NCBI GenBank assembly: GCA_964016885.1
Contig: OZ024745.1
Span: 32,302,001-32,366,000 of the forward strand
Source of the DNA: Eledone cirrhosa
Lineage: Eukaryota
DNA length: 64,000 nt
Reading direction: 5' to 3'
Shown here: one piece after another, positions 57,163 to 64,000 of the stretch
Numbering within the stretch: the stretch's first letter is position 1
Layout of the letters: each line of letters begins with the position of its first letter
Notes under the pieces: model-generated
What the model was told of the DNA's origin: nothing
What the model saw: only the letters and a program-made list of their open reading frames with translations
The model's database searches: none
Translations under genes and position numbers: made by a program

Positions 57163-58244
57163 TCTATATATATAAAACTGATGTTGTGTCCATGTGTGTG
57201 TGTGTGTGTGTCCTCATTTTTGCAAAGTCTATACAAATCCACATTTCTACTCCGATTGACTTCAAACTTGCATTTATATATTCCTTGCGGTCTAAAGATA
57301 TTAACTGCAGCTTTTATTTTTCAATTTTCTGTTGTTAAAGGGGTGTTAGGCGCCAGTTATCCATCTCTGTCGCGCTCTTATAATATCTCTGTATGTCTGG
57401 CTGTCTGCATTATGACATTCTGACGAACATTGATGATGTATTATGTCCGCTATTTTCCATTCATTGCCGGGGAACGTCTTCATGAACCAAAGTATCGTCT
57501 TCCTGTTTTTCGAAATATTTACTTCTGCGTTCACAAATTGATGTTTTCAGTTTCAGAAGATCCCGTTAAGAATGAAAGCAACGATTCTTTGCTTAAACTT
57601 TAATCTGTTATTTTAATCTATAAATGTATATATATAAAACTGAGGAAGGATGTATGTATGTATGTGTGTATGTGTGTCTGTGAAACCCGAGAAGTACCCA
57701 ACCAATCTTTTTCAAACTTATATTTCAGGGCGTGTTATGCACATAAAAAAAATTCAACTTTTTGATCCCCTAGGGCCAGCATTAAGTGAAAAACTGCGTT
57801 TTTTCCAGCTTTTTAGGGATTTTTTGAGGCGTTACGGCAGACCGATTTCCTTGAAATTGTAACTATGTATTAGTCAGTCTCTTCTTCATCCCGTGAGCAA
57901 AGAAAATCCAACTTTTTTAGGGCCCGCATTAGGTGAAAAACTTCATTTTTTAAAGCTTTTTAGGGCTTTTTCGAGGCGTTACGTCTAGCCAATTTTCCCG
58001 AAATTTCAAGGCATATTATGCACATAAAAAAAATTCATTTTCTTGATCCCCTAGGGCCTGCATTAGGTGAAAACCTGCCTTTTTCCTGCTTCATCGAGGA
58101 AAATCTTAGATTATCCAGCCATCAGAGTATTCGGTTTATTTTCTTTACATATTGTCCAGGCATGCAGTTTTTCCACGATTAGGTCTGTTGGCGTCCCGCG
58201 TTCCAAAATACCTTATCCCGTGCAACGCCGGGTACCACTGCTAG
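57163..58244 (+). mobile_element. Non-autonomous Helitron
   Basis: A|TC 5' end (tctatatatataaaactga), subterminal hairpin cccgtgcaacgccggg, CTAG|T 3' end; internal direct repeats at 57720-58080. Confidence 0.82.
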
Positions 58245-60009
58245 TATTCAATATTTGAAAAGAAAAAAAAATGAAAATAACAAGCAACAACTTTTAGTTG
58301 AGTAATTTACATAATGCAATTGAAATCTCAGAATACTATTTTGTGACATAAAATACAACTTCATTGCAGTATCAGTGTAGCAAAAGCAAAAGAAAGAACA
58401 AAAACAAGTGAGAACTGCTAATGTATATAGATATTTAGTTGAACTTTAGTGAAATATTCAAGTGTGAAGTTTCATGTTTAAGTAAACATTTAAAAACCTA
58501 TGTAGTCACATTAAAGAAATGGGTTAGTAATTGATAAGTTATATGTGATTATTGTGTATGTCACTCACTCTCTCTCTCTCTCTGTATATGTGTTTGTGTG
58601 TACATGTGTAAGTTTCTCAGTATGTGCTTCTGAAAATTCTATATAAACATATCAGCAACATTTACATTCATTAGGTTTTCATGCTCAACCGATTTAGAGG
58701 TATTAATTACAAATAATTTCATTTGATTACAGTCATATCATATTGTAAATTGCATATCTGCATCGCTAATAATACAAACATGAACTCCATTTCTTTTAAA
58801 CTAAAATATTAAATATTAAAAGAAAAATGACATTAGAAATTCAGAGATAATTCAGGTGGCACAAACATCCATAAAGGGAGCTTATATTTTCAGATGACTA
58901 AATTACTAAATGCCAGAACTTATTAAATAAGTTCTGGCATTTACTAATTTTAAACCAGTTTATATAGGGGAAGGGTAGACTTTACTGACTATATATATAT
59001 ATCATCATCATCACTGTTTAACGTCCATTTTTCCATGATAGCATGGGTTAGATGAGTTGTCCTGTTGTGAGAAATGCCAGGTCAGGTGACCATGTCTTGC
59101 TCCTAAAGAACCTATTTTGGCTTAGTTTCTACAGCTGGATGCCCTTCCTAATGTCAACCACATTTTCAGTGAATACAGGGTGCTTTTTGTCCTGACACCT
59201 GCATGACCACTTTACAGTGTGGACTGGAGGCTTCACTGGATGTATGCTTCAGCCTTATATATATATTGTCATAGTACTCATAAAAAGGACAAGGGTTATA
59301 GTAAAAAAAAATATCTAATTCATTAATTCCTTGATAACAACATTCTATGTAAAGATGCTTAAATACTCAAATCTTCCTTGACCGTCTCCTTCTCACTTCA
59401 GTCAATGCTGTATTTCATTTTTACATACATTTAAATCAATTACAATAATTTTCTTCCATATTTTCATTAAATATTATCACTAAATTATGACATTCTATCT
59501 TCTGGCTACTTTTGGGATTTGTGCTTTGTTGCTGTTGCTATTGATGTTCTTATTCAAAGATAAATACATTGGTAAATATACATAAATCCATAGCAGATTA
59601 ATACTCAGGCAAACATATATAGTCAGCTAAGTAGGTATATTGATAGATAGGTAGACAGAAAAATGGTCAGATAAATAGATGGACAGAGAGGTAGATAGAT
59701 AGGTAGATGTTATTTTTAATGTTCAAAGATAGATAAATACATAGATAGATAGTTGTTGTGGTATCATTGAACATGCAGAGTACTGTTAGCTTTGTTGTTT
59801 TTTCAAACAAAAACCCAGATACACATTAACATCTACACACACACACACATATATATATATTATTTACTCTCATATGTATGGATATATGTATTGTCAACAC
59901 TGTGAATGCGGGAAGGAGGGAGATTATTAAACCCATACTCACATTACCACTTCCAAAACTTTCACAAAGTATCTGTTACTTGATCATCTGTTTTATTATA
60001 ATGACATAT

Positions 60010-60130
60010 ATAATGAACTAGAGAACAAATTCTGTCTGTAGAAACGGAACTTAGAATCAAAGGGCTGAGAGTAAACTTAGTGAAACCACAAGTGTTCGTA
60101 TGTAGGAAAGAAGACAGAACCCTTACCACA
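60010..60130 (+). pseudogene. RTE-clade RT fragment
   Basis: KRNLESKGLRVNLVKPQVFVCRK resembles the motif that follows YADD in RTE RTs. Confidence 0.5.
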
Positions 60131-61261
60131 TCAACATTCATAAATCACATTGTTATATAAGCATTTTTCCCTGGGGAGAAAGGGGGAGGGCAGTTTTCAG
60201 GTATTGAGTTCTATATTGACTTGACTTTCATCCTTAATGAGATTCAAGAAATAATTTACCAGATAAAATGCTTGGGTTGATATAATCGACTGAATCCTCC
60301 CTTCAACCCCACCACCATTAATTGAAAATCAGATACCAGTAAATAAATAAAAGAAAAAAATATATATATATACATATATATATATGTACTAAGTGTTCAA
60401 ACATGACATCGTGTTACTTTGAGCTAGCTATGGACATTTGGGTACTTTGTATTTCCATAATAGTAATAACCCTTAACTGATTAATGATATGTCACTGAGA
60501 AAATCACCTCCCATACACCAAATATATTTATTTCGACCCAAGTTATGCATGTGCTGACAATTGGTACTAGATCATTGTCAGAGATTTCCATTAAACAAAT
60601 ACAAATTACAGGTTTCAAATCTGTGGTTATAGTGAAGACAGAATAAAAGTGATTTCTATCCAGGATTTGTCAATAACTACATTTTGCATGAGATGCACTT
60701 AAGAGATACTATAAATCTCACTGGTCTACCAAAAAAAAAAAAAAAAAAGAAAGAAAAAAAGTTTGTGTATGTGAATAAATGAGCACTTTTATATCCATTA
60801 ACAGTTTTAAGTGATAAAATATTTAATTCTTACTCTATACATAAAATACTTTATTTAAGAGAGGTTAGTATCTTCAATTAACTCAACTCTGTTACATTAC
60901 TGGCATTTATCATACATTCCAGTTTATTCCAGCAAATATATTTCGATTGGGACATGGCTTCATTTGTCTGCACTATACAGAATTACAGAATCTAATGGCG
61001 TCATTTGTTACCGAGGTTCGGATTTTATACACATTTTTTCACATGATTTTAATAGTTATTCTTGTTTTTGTGTATAATTCTAGTCAAATCTGTCTAAAAA
61101 GCACTATAACATAGGCATAGAAGTTGTTATATCACTTATTTTTACATTTCTAAATGGTTTTGTTGCTGTAAATACAAACAACCTTTTCAGATGCAATAAA
61201 AAAAAAGTGAATTTTAAAATGGAGAAACTAATAAACTGAGGTTTTAAGAATAGGTGTTGTT

Positions 61262-61463
61262 TATGAGGGTTGGCTGAAAAGTTCATAGGCTGACCAAGTA
61301 ACTCTCATGGAATGGCCAAATGAGGTTTATTTTTCAACATAGTCTCTGGAAAGAAACAATGCAGTTATTAATATGAAGAGTTGAAATTAATGCATGCAAG
61401 ATTTCACAGTACTAGCATCACTCCTTCATAGTCAGCCTATGAACTTTTCAGCCTACCTTTGTA
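61262..61463. mobile_element. Mariner MITE, best-preserved copy
   Basis: TA-TGAGGGTTGGCTGAAAAGTTCATAGGCTGAC...GTCAGCCTATGAACTTTTCAGCCTACCTTTG-TA. Confidence 0.88.
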
Positions 61464-62430
61464 TATACACTATTATAATATGAGATGTTTAAACCATGCA
61501 GTCAACATAGACTACACAATGTCTGATTGTGCAGCATTGTCTTCTTCTTTAACAGAGTTGATAGGTTGTTGTCAATATGCAGTGTTCTGATATTGCTACA
61601 GGGACAATATATGCATCATGTTGGCATTTCCAAAGCTGCAGTGAGGTTGGATTGAGGTTAAACAGATGCATTCATCTCTTGTATAGGCTGGAAATTGATG
61701 CAGGAGATTTTTGATATGCCAATTTAATGGTGAGGATTGCCCTCCCTGAACATGTCAAAAGCTAAGTAGACCTAAGATGGTAATTCCAAGATGCCTGGGA
61801 CCAGAGGCTTGAAGTTGGCTAACAAGGTGTTTCTTTGGTGAGGGTAAATCATTAGGTCAATTTTCCTGTTGATTTATAATGCAGGGTGGGTAAACCTACC
61901 CATGAACTCATTGGCTGTTAAGCCCATACAATTCCTCTGGATACCATCTGATGGTTTGAGGATAGCTATGTAGAACATAGCCTCAACTTCCACATCCTGC
62001 GTTTATTGCTCTTTTCTTCCATTTGTACACATAGATATATGAAATAAATGTTAAGACAGAAGTTACACAATCATGTTTATTATACGTATTTCTGTGCCAC
62101 CAGCATGCAGCTGTTATACAATCATTACAACAGCAACCTGCACCAGTGTGATGTCATCAGATGTTAACATAAATATGTGGGTGGGTTGATATGTTGTTGG
62201 CTAACACAACCATGTTTGTGAAAGCCTGGTGAACACGTGGGTGGGTGTGGGTGTCAGTGTGTGTGTGTGTGTGCATATATATTTGTGAGATCAAACAAAT
62301 TCCCTATGTAAAAATGAAGAGCACTCAATATAATGACTATAGACTTAAATCATATTTTTACAGTTATGATGGTTACTACATGTCTGATGATTTGTCTTTG
62401 ATATGATTTTCTAAAGCCTCCATAACTGTG

Positions 62431-62468
<38 letters not shown>

Positions 62469-62830
62469 GTGCAGGGTGTGGTGGGGGTAAGTATATATAC
62501 TGGACATGTGTATTGTTATTATTAGCTCATACATTTTTATCACCAGTACCAGACTAAGAAAGAAATTAAAAACATGATCATACTAACATAGAGTCAATAG
62601 AAAATCAGTGTAGAAAAAACCAAAGCACAAGTATATTGAAATAAATTATTGGCAGGGCTTAAACCACAAAAGCCCCTTAGTGCTAGAAGGCTTGTGGTTT
62701 GAGTTTAAATACTGTCAAAGTTTACGTTATCTTTCACTCTTCTGAGATTGATAAATAATATGGTTGGTGTAACAGCCCAATAATTTAAACCAGTAAAAGA
62801 ATAAAAGAATATAGCCATGTAGTGGAATAA

Positions 62831-63530
62831 AACATAGAGAACATAGCTCAAGTTGTTAGTGACAAAACATAGAGAACATAGCTCAAGTTGTTAGTGACAA
62901 AACAGAGAACATAGCTCAAGTTGTTAGTGACAAAACATAGAGAACATAGCTCAAGTTGTTAGTGACAAAACAGAGAGAACATAGCTCAAGTTGTTAGTGA
63001 CAAAACATAGAGAACATAGCTCAAGTTGTTAGTGACAAAACATAGAGAACATAGCTCAAGTTGTTAGTGACAAAACAGAGAACATAGCTCAAGTTGTTAG
63101 TGACAAAACATAGAGAACATAGCTCAAGTTGTTAGTGACAAAACAGAGAATATAGCTCAAGTTGTTAGTGACAAAACATAGAGAACATAGCTCAAGTTGT
63201 TAGTGACAAAACATAGAGAATATAGCTCAAGTTGTTAGTGACAAAACATAGAGAACATAGCTCAAGTTGTTAGTGACAAAACATAGAGAATATAGCTCAA
63301 GTTGTTAGTGACAAAACATAGAGAACATAGCTCAAGTTGTTAGTGACAAAACAGAGAACATAGCTCAAGTTGTTAGTGACAAAACATAGAGAACATAGCT
63401 CAAGTTGTTAGTGACAAAACATAGAATATAGCTCAAGTTGTTAGTGACAAAACATAGAGAACATAGCTCAAGTTGTTAGTGACAAAACATAGAGAACATA
63501 GCTCAAGTTGTTAGTGACAAAACATAAGAA
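62831..63530. repeat. 35-bp minisatellite, about 20 copies (some 33-bp variants)
   Basis: Unit aacatagagaacatagctcaagttgttagtgacaa. Confidence 0.95.
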
Positions 63531-64000
63531 TTTGACTGCAAAGTTTCCAGTGCATTCTGAAGTTCTTGTCAGAGTTTGTTTAACTCCCCATCATGAATGA
63601 AATTGAGAAGAAACAGCCGCATAAATGGTGTATCTTAATTCATACAATGTGATGTAATTTGCATATTAGTATCAGTTTAGAAACCAATAAGGAATTATTT
63701 ATACATCAACCAACACAGCATGACAATGTTTAAAATTTCTTTGAAAGGAAAAGAAACAATTTGCTATTCTAAAATATCTAAAATATATTTTTCTTATGTT
63801 TAAAACATATTCAACCTTGTTATGGAATTACAACGGGCAAATACACCCCAAATTCCCAACACCGTAATGTTTATTTGTTATACCAAAGTATGATTGTATG
63901 TTACACACACACACCTTCCACACACACACATATATAAATTGGCATTCCGTCAGTTTCGTTGATGAGTGTTCTAGTTGACACGATCAATGGAACAGCCTGC

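Noticed and set aside
61520-61990. HERO/R2-like ORF relic on the minus strand (WVGLP..YKSTGKL, DLPSPK)
   Set aside because: Only two short motifs are visible; too decayed to call by eye.
62831-63530. CRISPR-like 35-bp repeats
   Set aside because: No spacers and no cas genes; it is a simple tandem array.

Overview
AT-rich, microsatellite-saturated animal DNA with no confidently identifiable host exon, so probably intronic or intergenic. The repeat content (tRNA-derived SINEs with CORE/Meta/Ceph-like modules, kilobase-scale TA-rich arrays) resembles an octopus genome; that assignment is an inference. Nearly all long ORFs in the track are microsatellite artefacts. The real coding remnants are decayed retroelements: a Tx1-clade LINE, R4/Dong-like and other RLE-type 3' ends, RTE ends, CRE-like fragments and a Penelope-like (PLE) reverse transcriptase. 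There are also mariner, hAT and pogo-like MITEs, a non-autonomous Helitron, 56-bp and 35-bp minisatellites and a 200-N gap. The main hidden signal is at least seven hand-foldable minimal type I hammerhead ribozymes (CUGANGA...GAAA...UH, complementary stems I/II, very short or palindromic stem III). They belong to about six sequence families, lie in short non-coding cassettes next to (TA)n tracts and are often part of long fold-back inverted repeats. Together with the PLE RT relic, this suggests a diverse set of (TA)n-associated PLE pseudo-LTR or retrozyme-like elements. A second notable signal is a Tx1 LINE that inserted twice, with about 20-bp target duplications, into a (GATA/GACA)n tract. 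All folds and alignments were done by eye; no searches were run.
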